Source: Paenibacillaceae bacterium (GTDB lineage Bacteria > Bacillota > Bacilli > Paenibacillales > UBA4045). From it: DNA of 64,000 bases. A model generated the notes under the pieces. The model ran no database searches. It was given only the letters and a program-made list of their open reading frames with translations, and was not told the origin of the DNA. How positions within the stretch are numbered: position 1 is the first letter of the stretch; each line of letters starts with the position of its first letter. A program made the position numbers and the translations under genes. Below are positions 48,854-57,849 of this stretch, piece by piece. The DNA lies in the NCBI GenBank assembly GCA_040904605.1, contig JBBDTA010000109.1:30309-94308 (forward strand). The letters are read 5' to 3'.

Positions 48854-50278
48854 TTAGCAGCCAAAGTACAATGAATATTCATGTGGATGAATACGGATAT
48901 TGACCGATTTTGCTTCAGCACGTTTGAATTCAATGTAGTTCGCTAAGAAGTCTTTGGAGAATACGCCATCTGCCGTCAAGAAATCACTGTCAGCTTCCAA
49001 GGCGTCCAAAGCATCTTCTAGGTTAGAAGGAACGCTACGAATCTCTTTCTTCTCTGCATCTGACATTTCGTAGATATTCTTGTCATAAGGACCATAGCCA
49101 AGAGCTGATGGATCCATTTTCTTCTTAATACCATCAAGACCAGCTAATAGCATCGCTGCAAAAGCCAAGTACGGGTTAGCTGTGGAATCCGGTGTGCGGA
49201 ATTCAATGCGGCAGCCCTTAGGAGTAACAGCGGCAACAGGGATACGTACTGCTGCAGAACGGTTACCTTTAGAGAATACAAGATTTACTGGCGCTTCATA
49301 ACCAGGTACTAATCGTTTGAAAGAGTTTGTACTAGGGTTAGTAATTGCAATAAGTGCCGGTGCGTGATGGAGAATACCACCTAGATAGTGCATAGCCATA
49401 TCACTTAGATTAGCGTACTTACCTTTTTCATAGAATAGTGGAGCATCACCATTGAAGATACTTTGATGAACGTGCATACCACTTCCATTGTCTCCGAATA
49501 ATGGCTTCGGCATGAAGGTTGCTACTTTGCCATATTGTCTAGCTGTGTTATGAATAATATATTTGTAAGTCATCAAGTTATCAGCTGTCTTAGTTAATGT
49601 ATCAAAGCGGAAATTGATTTCCCCTTGTCCAGCTGTTGCAACCTCATGATGATGACGTTCGATGCGAAGACCCGCTTCCATAAGCAAACGACAAATTTCG
49701 CTGCGAATGTCTTGTTGTGTGTCGACAGGTGCAACAGGAACGTATCCACCTTTAACTGGCACTTTGAAGCCAAGATTGCCACCATCTTCTTTACGAGCTG
49801 AGTTCCAACCTGCTTCTTCTGAATCAACAGAGAAAGAGGAAGAGTTCATTGTTGTTTCATATCGGACATCATCGAATATGAAGAATTCGGATTCTGGTGC
49901 GAAGAATGCGGCAGTACCTACACCGGATTTCTGAAGAAATTCTTCTGCTCTCTGAGCAATACTACGAGGATCACGATCATATCTCTCACCATCAGGTGTA
50001 TAAATATTACACATGATATTGATTGTCGAATGTGCATTGAATGGATCTAGATATGTAGCATCGGAATCTGGCATCATAACCATATCTGATTCTTCAATAC
50101 CACGAAATCCAGGAATGGACGAGCCATCAAAAGCAACACCATTCTCAAAAGTTTCTTCTTCAACCTCACTCGCAGGTACAGTAATATGATGAGCTTTACC
50201 CGAAAGATCTACGAATCTGAAATCAACCCACTCGACGTTTTTTTCCTTAATAAGGTTCAACACTTTTTTAACTGACAT
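48854..50278 (-). CDS. glnA: Glutamine synthetase, type I, E. coli-like (GSI-beta-like) subtype
   Basis: 474 aa from MSVKKV (RBS GGGAGG). Colinear with E. coli GlnA by my recalled alignment, including HHHEVATAGQ, NGSGMHVH and the KNIYEMS segment aligning with the adenylylation loop KNLYDLP. Confidence 0.92.
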   Translation of the reverse strand: MSVKKVLNLIKEKNVEWVDFRFVDLSGKAHHITVPASEVEEETFENGVAFDGSSIPGFRGIEESDMVMMPDSDATYLDPFNAHSTINIMCNIYTPDGERYDRDPRSIAQRAEEFLQKSGVGTAAFFAPESEFFIFDDVRYETTMNSSSFSVDSEEAGWNSARKEDGGNLGFKVPVKGGYVPVAPVDTQQDIRSEICRLLMEAGLRIERHHHEVATAGQGEINFRFDTLTKTADNLMTYKYIIHNTARQYGKVATFMPKPLFGDNGSGMHVHQSIFNGDAPLFYEKGKYANLSDMAMHYLGGILHHAPALIAITNPSTNSFKRLVPGYEAPVNLVFSKGNRSAAVRIPVAAVTPKGCRIEFRTPDSTANPYLAFAAMLLAGLDGIKKKMDPSALGYGPYDKNIYEMSDAEKKEIRSVPSNLEDALDALEADSDFLTADGVFSKDFLANYIEFKRAEAKSVNIRIHPHEYSLYFGC

Positions 50279-50353
50279 TTGAAAGCCTCCCATTTCCGAA
50301 CATTAGTCTGTTGAACAGCGTTGAACGTTCAACTTTTTGCTTGTTATGTGGAT

Positions 50354-50382
50354 ATTATAAAACGACTGTCCAGAAGCGTCAA
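50354..50382 (-). promoter_or_regulatory. Sigma-A promoter of glnA
   Basis: Minus strand reads TTGACG-17 nt-TATAAT. Confidence 0.7.
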
Positions 50383-50410
50383 TATCTATGTAAGGTATTT
50401 TTTGCGACTG

Positions 50411-50427
50411 TGTTAGATTTACTCACA
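50411..50427. promoter_or_regulatory. TnrA/GlnR box upstream of glnA
   Basis: TGTTAGATTTACTCACA is a perfect fit to TGTNA-N7-TNACA. Confidence 0.7.
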
Positions 50428-50490
50428 CCTTGAATGAAAGACTTCACAAAATCGTCAAATATCTCAAATGTGTATGCTTATATGAACACG

Positions 50491-50524
50491 AAAAAACTCG
50501 ACAAAGAAAGTTTTTGTCGAGTTT
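50491..50524 (-). terminator. Rho-independent terminator downstream of aroF
   Basis: AAACTCGACAAA-7 nt-TTTGTCGAGTTT followed by a T-run on the minus strand. Confidence 0.85.
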
Positions 50525-50545
50525 CAGTGCTTCCATTTCAATTAG

Positions 50546-51595
50546 TTAAGCCAGATTAGCTTTCGCTTGCTTAACAGTGTCAAAGCTCTTACCAACCAGC
50601 GGAGCCATCTTCTCCAGATCCTTCAACAAACTAGCAAATTGCTCTGGATATAAAGATTGTACGCCATCACCCGTCATTGAATTATCTGGATCTGTATGCA
50701 TCTCAATAATAAGTCCGTCTGCACCAGCCGCCAATGATGCCTTAGACATCGTTTCTACTAACTCACGACGACCTGTTCCATGACTTGGATCGGATACGAC
50801 AGGCAAATGACTGAGTTGCTGTAGAACTGGAATAGCGGTTAAATCCAATGTATTGCGCGTATAGGTTTCGAATGTTCGTATGCCTCTTTCGCAAAGCATG
50901 ACATTAGGATTTCCACCAGCAAGCATATATTCTGCTGCATTCAGTAATTCGTCATAAGTTGCACTAAATCCACGCTTTAACAATATCGGTGTATCAATTT
51001 CACCAAGCTTGCGCAGCAAATCGAAATTCTGCATATTTCTAGTGCCCACCTGAAGAATATCAGCATGCTTGGCACAAACTTCCACATATTCGGGAGTCAT
51101 AATTTCAGTTATTGTTAGTAACCCATGCTTCTTGCCTGCATCTGCCATCATCTCTAAGCCTTCAACACCAACACCCTGGAAGCTGTATGGTCCTGTTCGT
51201 GGTTTGAATGCACCTCCACGTAATACTTGCCCGCCAGCAGCCTTCACCAACCGAGCAATCTCATCAATCTGTTCAGGAGATTCAACTGCACAAGGTCCGC
51301 CCATTACAGTTAGAGTACCGCCGCCAATTTCAACTCCCTTGATTTTAATAACAGTGTTATCGGGATGGAAATCACGGCTCGCCAGCTTGTAGGACTTCGA
51401 AATTTTAATTACATTCTCAATACCCTTCATTTGTCTTAGTTGCTCTGCTAATGTTGGATCTGCCTTGCCAACAATACCAATTACCGTACGATCAACACCC
51501 TTTGAAACATGTGCTTTAACACCATGACGGTCGATGTGCTGAACGATCTCATTCAAGCGCTCCTCTGAAACGGTATTAGATGTAATTGCAATCAT
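50546..51595 (-). CDS. aroF: 3-deoxy-7-phosphoheptulonate (DAHP) synthase, type I-beta with N-terminal ferredoxin-like/ACT-like regulatory domain
   Basis: KDO8PS-like catalytic core (GGPCAVES ... KPRTGPYSFQG ... SDPSHGTGRR). The N-terminal ~80 aa is not chorismate-mutase-like. I prefer the ATG at 51595 (GGGAGA plus 9 nt) over the GTG at 51604. Confidence 0.88.
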   Translation of the reverse strand: MIAITSNTVSEERLNEIVQHIDRHGVKAHVSKGVDRTVIGIVGKADPTLAEQLRQMKGIENVIKISKSYKLASRDFHPDNTVIKIKGVEIGGGTLTVMGGPCAVESPEQIDEIARLVKAAGGQVLRGGAFKPRTGPYSFQGVGVEGLEMMADAGKKHGLLTITEIMTPEYVEVCAKHADILQVGTRNMQNFDLLRKLGEIDTPILLKRGFSATYDELLNAAEYMLAGGNPNVMLCERGIRTFETYTRNTLDLTAIPVLQQLSHLPVVSDPSHGTGRRELVETMSKASLAAGADGLIIEMHTDPDNSMTGDGVQSLYPEQFASLLKDLEKMAPLVGKSFDTVKQAKANLA

Positions 51596-51636
51596 TTGTG
51601 CCACTCTCCCTAATTTTTATATACTTTCACACATAA

Positions 51637-51675
51637 ACGCTTGTTCGCTTCAACGCTTATACGCTTTTAACCGCT
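51637..51675 (-). repeat. Phased AAGCG/TAGCG repeats (5 copies, spacings 10, 8, 8 and 8 nt) in the aroF 5' leader
   Basis: Minus strand reads TTTAGCGGTTAAAAGCGTATAAGCGTTGAAGCGAACAAGCGT, directly downstream of the aroF promoter. Confidence 0.8.
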
Positions 51676-51681
51676 AAAGCA

Positions 51682-51710
51682 ATTATACTTAACAAAAAGA
51701 TCTACGTCAA
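51682..51710 (-). promoter_or_regulatory. Sigma-A promoter of aroF
   Basis: Minus strand reads TTGACG-17 nt-TATAAT. Confidence 0.75.
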
Positions 51711-51736
51711 ATCGTAAATTTGGCATTAATCCTAAT

Positions 51737-52687
51737 CTACAATGTACTCTTGACCTTGACTGTCGGAAGAAGCTTCTTCATGTTCACAGTTCTCGCTGCA
51801 TTATATGTAGTAGGATTAGCCGGATCATATTGCTCCAAGAATTGAATCACTTCTCTGGTCAGAGGTGTTGGAGTAGAAGCTCCCGAGGTAACTCCAATCT
51901 TCTTCTTCCCCTCTAGCCATTCCAGCTTAATTTCACTAACATCAGAAACACGATATGCCTGAACACCAGCAATTTCTTCAGAAACCTGTGCAAGCCTGTT
52001 GGAATTATTACTCCGTGGATCTCCAACCACAATGACTAGGTCGGTTTCCTTAGCCTGCTCAGCTACGGCCTCCTGTCTAACCTGTGTAGCCAGACAAATT
52101 TCGTTATAAATTTCGGCCTTTGGATAACGCTCTATTAATTTACTAATTAGATGCTTAATATCCCATTGACTCATTGTTGTTTGGTTAGTAATAACAATCT
52201 TATCTGTTATTAATTGTAATTGGATTATGTCCTCTTCTCGTTCAATCAAATGAACATGCTCCGGAGCAATCCCGATCGCTCCTTCTGGTTCGGGATGTGC
52301 TTTCTTACCGATGTAAATGATGTCGTATCCCTCAGCTACTTTCTCACGGATCAAATCATGTGTCTTGGTTACATCCGGGCAGGTCGCATCCACTACGGTC
52401 AGTCCCTTGTCTCTCGCACGTTTACGTACCTCAGGTGATACTCCATGAGCGGTGAAGATGACAGTGCCTGTTTGAACCTTATCCAGAATCTCCAAACGAT
52501 TCTCACCCTCGAGTGTAATAATACCTTCTTCTTCGAAGGAAGAGGTAACATGGCTGTTATGCACGATCATGCCCAGAATATATATGGGTCTTGGGAGATC
52601 CAAATTCCTAGCGGTTTGTAAAGCTAGCACCATTGCATCCACTACACCATAACAATAACCTCTTGGTGATATTTTGACGACTTCCAT
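51737..52687 (-). CDS. ispH: 4-hydroxy-3-methylbut-2-enyl diphosphate reductase (LytB)
   Basis: LytB family with cysteine contexts PRGYCYGV and DATCPDV. I prefer the start MEVVKIS at 52687 (AGGAGG) over the ORF-track start at 52735. Confidence 0.92.
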   Translation of the reverse strand: MEVVKISPRGYCYGVVDAMVLALQTARNLDLPRPIYILGMIVHNSHVTSSFEEEGIITLEGENRLEILDKVQTGTVIFTAHGVSPEVRKRARDKGLTVVDATCPDVTKTHDLIREKVAEGYDIIYIGKKAHPEPEGAIGIAPEHVHLIEREEDIIQLQLITDKIVITNQTTMSQWDIKHLISKLIERYPKAEIYNEICLATQVRQEAVAEQAKETDLVIVVGDPRSNNSNRLAQVSEEIAGVQAYRVSDVSEIKLEWLEGKKKIGVTSGASTPTPLTREVIQFLEQYDPANPTTYNAARTVNMKKLLPTVKVKSTL

Positions 52688-52727
52688 GGATAAACCTCCT
52701 AGTCGTAAATCAGATGTTTGTATTATG

Positions 52728-54143
52728 CTACACATAACTTTCAGGTAGCCAGATTATGAACATGCTTCCTTCATTTTTCTTAGATACGACCTCAATAGAA
52801 CCATGATGCTCATCTATGATCCATTTGGCAATTGATAAACCGAGACCTGTTCCCGAAGTTTGACCTCGTGAGGTATCTGCTCGATAGAATCGCTCAAAAA
52901 TTTGTGGTATTTGCTCTGATTCCATTCCGATTCCAGTGTCGCTGATACGGATTCCTACTTGATTGCCTAATCTCAGTATATCTAATTGTACATGACCTTG
53001 CTCGGTATATTTGAATGCATTCTCGATAAAAATAAATAAAAGCTGCTGCAGATAATCTTCACTACCCAATACAGTAACATTCTCAAGCAATTGAAGATCG
53101 CCATGTCTCCATTCAACTTGGTGCGGAAGGAAATTAGCCTTGCGAATAACCTCTTCAATAATAGGCTTAAGCTTAACTTGTGTATGCTCGATTTGGTGAC
53201 CTGCATCCGCTCTTGCTAATGCTAGCAGATCATTCACTAATCTGCTCATTCGGGCAGCTTCCTGAGAGATATCATGCATGGCTTCCATAGTCAGCTGCAT
53301 ATCCTGCTTATCTTCCTCAGAACGCCAAACCTTCTCTAATAACTCTACATTACCACGAATCGTTGTCAAAGGTGTTCTTAATTCATGAGATGCATCGGAC
53401 ACGAAGCGTCTTTGGGCACGATATGCCTCCTCCAGCTCCTGATAAGTAGCCTGAAGACGAGCGAGCATACCATTCACCGTATTCGTTAAACGCCCGATCT
53501 CATCATTAGGACCTATATGTTCGATTCGTTGCCCTAAGTCTGTTCCTCGTTCGATCCGATTCGCAGCCGTAATGACATGCTCGATCGGCCTAAGAACCTT
53601 CCGAGCTAAATACCAGCCCAGGGTAGCTGCAATTAGAACGGCAAGAAGAGAGAGGATAGTTAGCACTGTTCTAACATTATTGAGAAAATTTAAATTGTCC
53701 GTTATCTCTGTTGCAACTTGTAATACACCAATGAGTTGTTGGTTTGATTCCATTCGAATATGATAAATAAGTAAATTATTCTCATCTTGTCGTACTGTGG
53801 TAAACCAGCTTTCTTCTTTCTCAGCTTTCCCAAAAGAAAAAGCTGGATCAAATGGCAATCTACCTCTGAAATTATTGGATTTATCTATTGTGCCATTTGT
53901 GAGATTAGCTTGAAGGACTACTCCAATGGACTTGAAGTCGTTGAGTTCTGGCAATGTGAATACATTCCATTGAGGGATTAGTCTGATCTGAGATACCGCT
54001 AATTTACCTTGGCGCTCTAGCATCTCTTTGTTAATTGCTTCGGTCTTCATGGATATGAATACATAGAAAGCGATACCAAATAACAATAATGTAACGGCCA
54101 GTATACTTGTATACCATAGAGTTAACCTTAGTCTAAGCGACAT
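52728..54143 (-). CDS. Sensor histidine kinase (2 TM, HAMP, HisKA, HATPase_c)
   Basis: H-box [14 protein letters not shown] and G-boxes DTGIGM / GTGLGLSI. Its start overlaps the regulator's stop (TAATG). Confidence 0.9.
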   Translation of the reverse strand: MSLRLRLTLWYTSILAVTLLLFGIAFYVFISMKTEAINKEMLERQGKLAVSQIRLIPQWNVFTLPELNDFKSIGVVLQANLTNGTIDKSNNFRGRLPFDPAFSFGKAEKEESWFTTVRQDENNLLIYHIRMESNQQLIGVLQVATEITDNLNFLNNVRTVLTILSLLAVLIAATLGWYLARKVLRPIEHVITAANRIERGTDLGQRIEHIGPNDEIGRLTNTVNGMLARLQATYQELEEAYRAQRRFVSDASHELRTPLTTIRGNVELLEKVWRSEEDKQDMQLTMEAMHDISQEAARMSRLVNDLLALARADAGHQIEHTQVKLKPIIEEVIRKANFLPHQVEWRHGDLQLLENVTVLGSEDYLQQLLFIFIENAFKYTEQGHVQLDILRLGNQVGIRISDTGIGMESEQIPQIFERFYRADTSRGQTSGTGLGLSIAKWIIDEHHGSIEVVSKKNEGSMFIIWLPESYV

Positions 54144-54832
54144 TAGGATTCTCCTTTCAGCACATAACCCATACCGCGAAGAGTCTGAATCATCCGCGGC
54201 TCACCGCCCTCTTCTGTTTTCTGTCTCAGCATGGCCACATACACCTCAAGCACATTGGACTCACCACTAAAATCGTAGCCCCATACTCTCTCCATAATTG
54301 TATCCCGAGATAATACTCTGCGTGGGTTGTCCATGAATAAATGCAGAAGCTCAAATTCCTTCGTCGTCAACTCGATTAGGCGGCCACCTCGGAACACTTC
54401 GCGTGAATCAAGATCCATAATGATATCCTGAAATTTTAATTTAGTAGATATGTGATCCTTGGATTCTGTGTTCCGACGAAGCAATGCCCTTACTCTGGCC
54501 AGAAGCTCCTCTAATGCAAAGGGCTTAACTAGATAATCGTCTGCACCAAGATCAAGACCCTTCACCCTATCACCAACCTCGTCCTTAGCGGTTAGCATGA
54601 GAACCGGTATTGTTATACCTCCGTCACGTAGTCGCTGAATGACTTCCCAACCACTCAATTGGGGCATCATCACATCTAGAATAATGAGCTCTGGCTCATG
54701 AGATAACAATTGCTTCAAACCTTCACTCCCATTAGCGGCAGTGATTACCGAATATCCCTCGAAGGCTAAACTTCTACGGATAAGCGAGGTAATCTTCTCG
54801 TCATCATCGATGACCAATATAAGATTAGCCAT
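54143..54832 (-). CDS. OmpR/PhoB-family response regulator
   Basis: Receiver domain (LVIDDD ... ILDVMMP ... LTAK) plus a winged-helix C-terminus (RGMGYVL). Its position next to htrA is reminiscent of CssRS, but that is unproven. Confidence 0.9.
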   Translation of the reverse strand: MANLILVIDDDEKITSLIRRSLAFEGYSVITAANGSEGLKQLLSHEPELIILDVMMPQLSGWEVIQRLRDGGITIPVLMLTAKDEVGDRVKGLDLGADDYLVKPFALEELLARVRALLRRNTESKDHISTKLKFQDIIMDLDSREVFRGGRLIELTTKEFELLHLFMDNPRRVLSRDTIMERVWGYDFSGESNVLEVYVAMLRQKTEEGGEPRMIQTLRGMGYVLKGES

Positions 54833-54840
54833 ATGTATAA

Positions 54841-54923
54841 CCTCCTAAACGTATTTAGATGGCTGCGCGAGCAGTCGATAAAACTACTTCGTAAGCATAA
54901 GCTTTATATAACTTATTCTACCA
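54841..54923 (-). repeat. Promoter/5'-leader cassette copy C (full) upstream of the response regulator
   Basis: Minus strand reads TGGTAGAATAAGTTATATAAAGCTTATGCTTACGAAGTAGTTTTATCGACTGCTCGCGCAGCCATCTAAATACGTTTAGGAGG. It shares a 42-nt block with copy A with one mismatch. Confidence 0.85.
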
Positions 54924-54948
54924 CAATCGACAGTTTTCAAAAAAAGGG

Positions 54949-54977
54949 AAGCTGCTTGCAGCTCCCCTACTTTGAAA
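54949..54977 (-). terminator. Rho-independent terminator downstream of htrA
   Basis: Minus strand reads GGGGAGCTGC-AAG-GCAGCTTCCC followed by TTTTTTT. Confidence 0.8.
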
Positions 54978-55001
54978 TCTAGAATACATACAGATTAATT
55001 T

Positions 55002-56519
55002 TTAATTCGATTGTGCATTACGATCTCCAACGATAGTTACAACTTCATACGTTTTCCCATCGCGGAACACCTTAATAGTTACTTTTGCACCGATCTTCTT
55101 ATCTTTAATTGTGGAAATAACATCTTCTTTGCTTTTAATCGATTTACCTGATACCTCTGTGATGATATCACCAGCTTTTATACCAGATTGGTGTGCAGGA
55201 CTACCGACTAATACCTGTGAAATCAACGAACCCTTCGTTCCTGTGAAGCCTAACTGACTGGCAATCGTTGCATTTAGATCTACTAGTTCAACACCAATAT
55301 AAGGAGCTGGCTCCATAGGAATGGGTTCGTTATTTTTCAAATTATCCAAGACTTCAGTAAAAGTACCCGTTGGTATTGCAAATCCAATGCCTTGTGCTTG
55401 AGCATTCACCGCTGTATTGATCCCAATAACCTCACCATTCAGATTTAACAGTGGTCCTCCAGAATTTCCTGGATTAATGGATGCGTCAGTTTGTAATAAA
55501 TCCTGATATTCTCGTATTCCATTCGAGTCCGGTATTGTAATTGGACGTTCTTTAGCACTTAATACACCCACGGTAACGGTATGATCGAAACCATAAGGAT
55601 TACCTATAGCTACTACCCAATCACCTACATCTAATTCATTGGCATCACCAATGTTCAATGCAGAGAAGGGTTTGTCGCCTTCGATCTTCAGTGCAGCCAA
55701 GTCAAGATCGAAGCTTTCCCCAAGCTTCTTAGCCACGAAAGGCTCTTCATAGCCCTCCACATACACTTTTATTTCTGATGCACCCTCTATAACATGCTGA
55801 TTTGTTAATATATATCCGGAGCTATCGAAGATGAAGCCGGAGCCTACACCTGATTGCCTTAGAGTACCATCATCACTCGAGGAACCATCCCTTCTATCAT
55901 TCTGATCTCCGAAAAAAAAATCGAAAATATCATTGTCCATCTGTCTGCTCTGCGTTACCTTTGAATAGGTTTCGATCTTTACAACGGATCCCCGGGAATT
56001 TGCAACAATCTGGGAGATGTTATTTGGTCTAAGCATATCAAGAGCAGCTTTCTCAACACCATTGTTGGATGTAGGTACTTTACTATTCACAGATGAGCTA
56101 GCCTCGTCACTGAACACTGCTTGATCCGCTGTGAACCAATCCATCCGATCAGAAGCGAACATCAAGCTTCCAACGACAACCACTCCTGCCATGAAAGAAG
56201 CAAACATCCTAATGAAGGGTGATCGGGTTCGTGTGGATTTCGTTACAGGTGCCATTCTACTCTGGCTTGAAGCTTGGGTATGTTCTGTGATGTATGTCCT
56301 CGCATCGAGCTCAGATGGTGCCAAGCTAGTATCTGAGTGTGATGTCTCATCATTCAATGTGGAAGCAAATGGACCATATCGATAATAGGATGTTGAAGCT
56401 GTAGTTTCCTCCATCGTATGTGTTTGTTTTTCGCCTTCCTTATGTGCCCCGTTATCTTCCCGCTCAAAGAAGTCGCGATATTTGTCATTACTGTTATTAT
56501 TTTTGTTGTCTTCCATCAT
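55002..56519 (-). CDS. htrA: HtrA/DegP-family membrane-anchored serine protease with PDZ domain
   Basis: Catalytic triad contexts TNQHVI, DLAALKI and GNSGGPL, a C-terminal PDZ domain, and an N-terminal TM helix. Confidence 0.93.
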   Translation of the reverse strand: MMEDNKNNNSNDKYRDFFEREDNGAHKEGEKQTHTMEETTASTSYYRYGPFASTLNDETSHSDTSLAPSELDARTYITEHTQASSQSRMAPVTKSTRTRSPFIRMFASFMAGVVVVGSLMFASDRMDWFTADQAVFSDEASSSVNSKVPTSNNGVEKAALDMLRPNNISQIVANSRGSVVKIETYSKVTQSRQMDNDIFDFFFGDQNDRRDGSSSDDGTLRQSGVGSGFIFDSSGYILTNQHVIEGASEIKVYVEGYEEPFVAKKLGESFDLDLAALKIEGDKPFSALNIGDANELDVGDWVVAIGNPYGFDHTVTVGVLSAKERPITIPDSNGIREYQDLLQTDASINPGNSGGPLLNLNGEVIGINTAVNAQAQGIGFAIPTGTFTEVLDNLKNNEPIPMEPAPYIGVELVDLNATIASQLGFTGTKGSLISQVLVGSPAHQSGIKAGDIITEVSGKSIKSKEDVISTIKDKKIGAKVTIKVFRDGKTYEVVTIVGDRNAQSN

Positions 56520-56523
56520 TATT

Positions 56524-56557
56524 CCCTCCTTGTAAGTTTTGTGTAGATGCTAGTTAC
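56524..56557 (-). repeat. Leader-motif copy H (core-less version) upstream of htrA
   Basis: Minus strand reads GTAACTAGCATCTACACAAAACTTACAAGGAGGG. It shares AAGTTTTGTGTA (12 nt, plus strand) with copy D and ATGCTAGTT with copy B. Confidence 0.5.
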
Positions 56558-56578
56558 TCTCTTATGAATTCTATCATG

Positions 56579-56605
56579 CACATTAAACCTTAAAGCCACA
56601 TTAAA
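56579..56605 (-). promoter_or_regulatory. Direct repeat CACATTAAA x2 (18-nt period) upstream of htrA
   Basis: Plus-strand copies at 56579-56587 and 56597-56605, 60-85 nt upstream of the htrA ATG. Confidence 0.45.
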
Positions 56606-56671
56606 TATACGTGAAAAAAAAATAAACTTGCAAAAAAAGCCGGAATTAATCCAGCTTAAGGTAGAGCTACA

Positions 56672-57082
56672 CTACTGCAGTAGCAGTTCAACTTGCTTCA
56701 ATATGATTTTACTCTGCTCAATCCATTCGGGCGCTATCTCTGCATCCATATCGGCGGGCTTCTGAAATTGATCAATAAATCCTCCATAGGTCTGGATTTG
56801 AGCATCATTATCTAATCCCTCTTGATATAGATGCCTAAGTACATATGGCTTGCCCATCTGTATTCGCGCTTCTATATCTGTAACCTCTCCATCAAACTCT
56901 CCATGGGTCACCTCAAAAGGAATGCGTAGCCACACGGTTCGATGCTCATCCAGAAATCTGTCGAAGGATCCACCGTCATAATCCCAATTACCTCCGAGGG
57001 AAAATTGCAGCTTATCCAGCTCATTCTTCGTATGTATGTAATCCTGAACCTTGTCCTCGAGACTAGAATTAATAGGTATCAT
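56672..57082 (-). CDS. YugN-like small cytoplasmic protein
   Basis: 136 aa. Overall resemblance to B. subtilis YugN as I recall it (similar length, GxWDY motif). Low certainty. Confidence 0.5.
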   Translation of the reverse strand: MIPINSSLEDKVQDYIHTKNELDKLQFSLGGNWDYDGGSFDRFLDEHRTVWLRIPFEVTHGEFDGEVTDIEARIQMGKPYVLRHLYQEGLDNDAQIQTYGGFIDQFQKPADMDAEIAPEWIEQSKIILKQVELLLQ

Positions 57083-57169
57083 CGTTTCATTATCTCCTTA
57101 TTCATACCAAATAGGCAGCCTATTATGGATAGTCCTATTCATAAGGATGGTCAATTTACACAAATCTAT

Positions 57170-57835
57170 TCAACTTACCCAACCTTTTCGGTGAACATAT
57201 ATGGCAAGCTGTGTGCGGTCTTCAACTTCTAGCTTCATAAGCAGGTTGCTCACATGGGTTTTTACAGTCTTGATGCTTATATAAAGCTCTTCAGCAATAT
57301 CCTTGTTCGCCTTACCTTCGGCAATCAGCATGAGTACCTCTCTCTCTCTCACGGTAAGTCCGTCATCATCCTTAGAAGCACTCTTCTGTCTTATTCCTCT
57401 AGATAGAGCTTGAGACACTTCGGTGTTCATTACGGGCATTCCACGAAACGCACCTTTTATCGCATATACAAGCTCTTCCGAAGAAACACTCTTCAATACA
57501 TAGCTGACAGCACCTGCTTGAATGCCTTCCATCACTTTATCATCCTCTAGAAAGCTTGTAAGGATAATAATCTTCATCTCAGGATAACGATCAATTGCCT
57601 CTTGAGTCGTCGCAATTCCATCCATCTCGGGCATCATCAAATCCATGAGAATTAAATCAGGTAAAGGCAAATTAGCCTCCTTCAACCCTTTTAGTACTTC
57701 AAGTGCTTCTCTTCCATTCGAAGCTTCCGCTATAACCTCAATTTCTGATTCCAATGATAAATAAGTGCTTAGGCCTAATCGAACCATATCATGATCATCT
57801 ACAATCATGACTTTCATCACAGTACTCATCGACAT
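57170..57835 (-). CDS. liaR: NarL/LuxR-family response regulator (LiaR-like)
   Basis: Receiver domain (MIVDDH ... LMDLMMP) plus a LuxR HTH (LTVREREVLMLIAEGKANKDIAEELYISIKTVKTHV). It is the third gene of a liaF-liaS-liaR-type triad. The start is possibly 6 nt downstream. Confidence 0.85.
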   Translation of the reverse strand: MSMSTVMKVMIVDDHDMVRLGLSTYLSLESEIEVIAEASNGREALEVLKGLKEANLPLPDLILMDLMMPEMDGIATTQEAIDRYPEMKIIILTSFLEDDKVMEGIQAGAVSYVLKSVSSEELVYAIKGAFRGMPVMNTEVSQALSRGIRQKSASKDDDGLTVREREVLMLIAEGKANKDIAEELYISIKTVKTHVSNLLMKLEVEDRTQLAIYVHRKGWVS

Positions 57836-57849
57836 CTCCTTCTTCCTTA

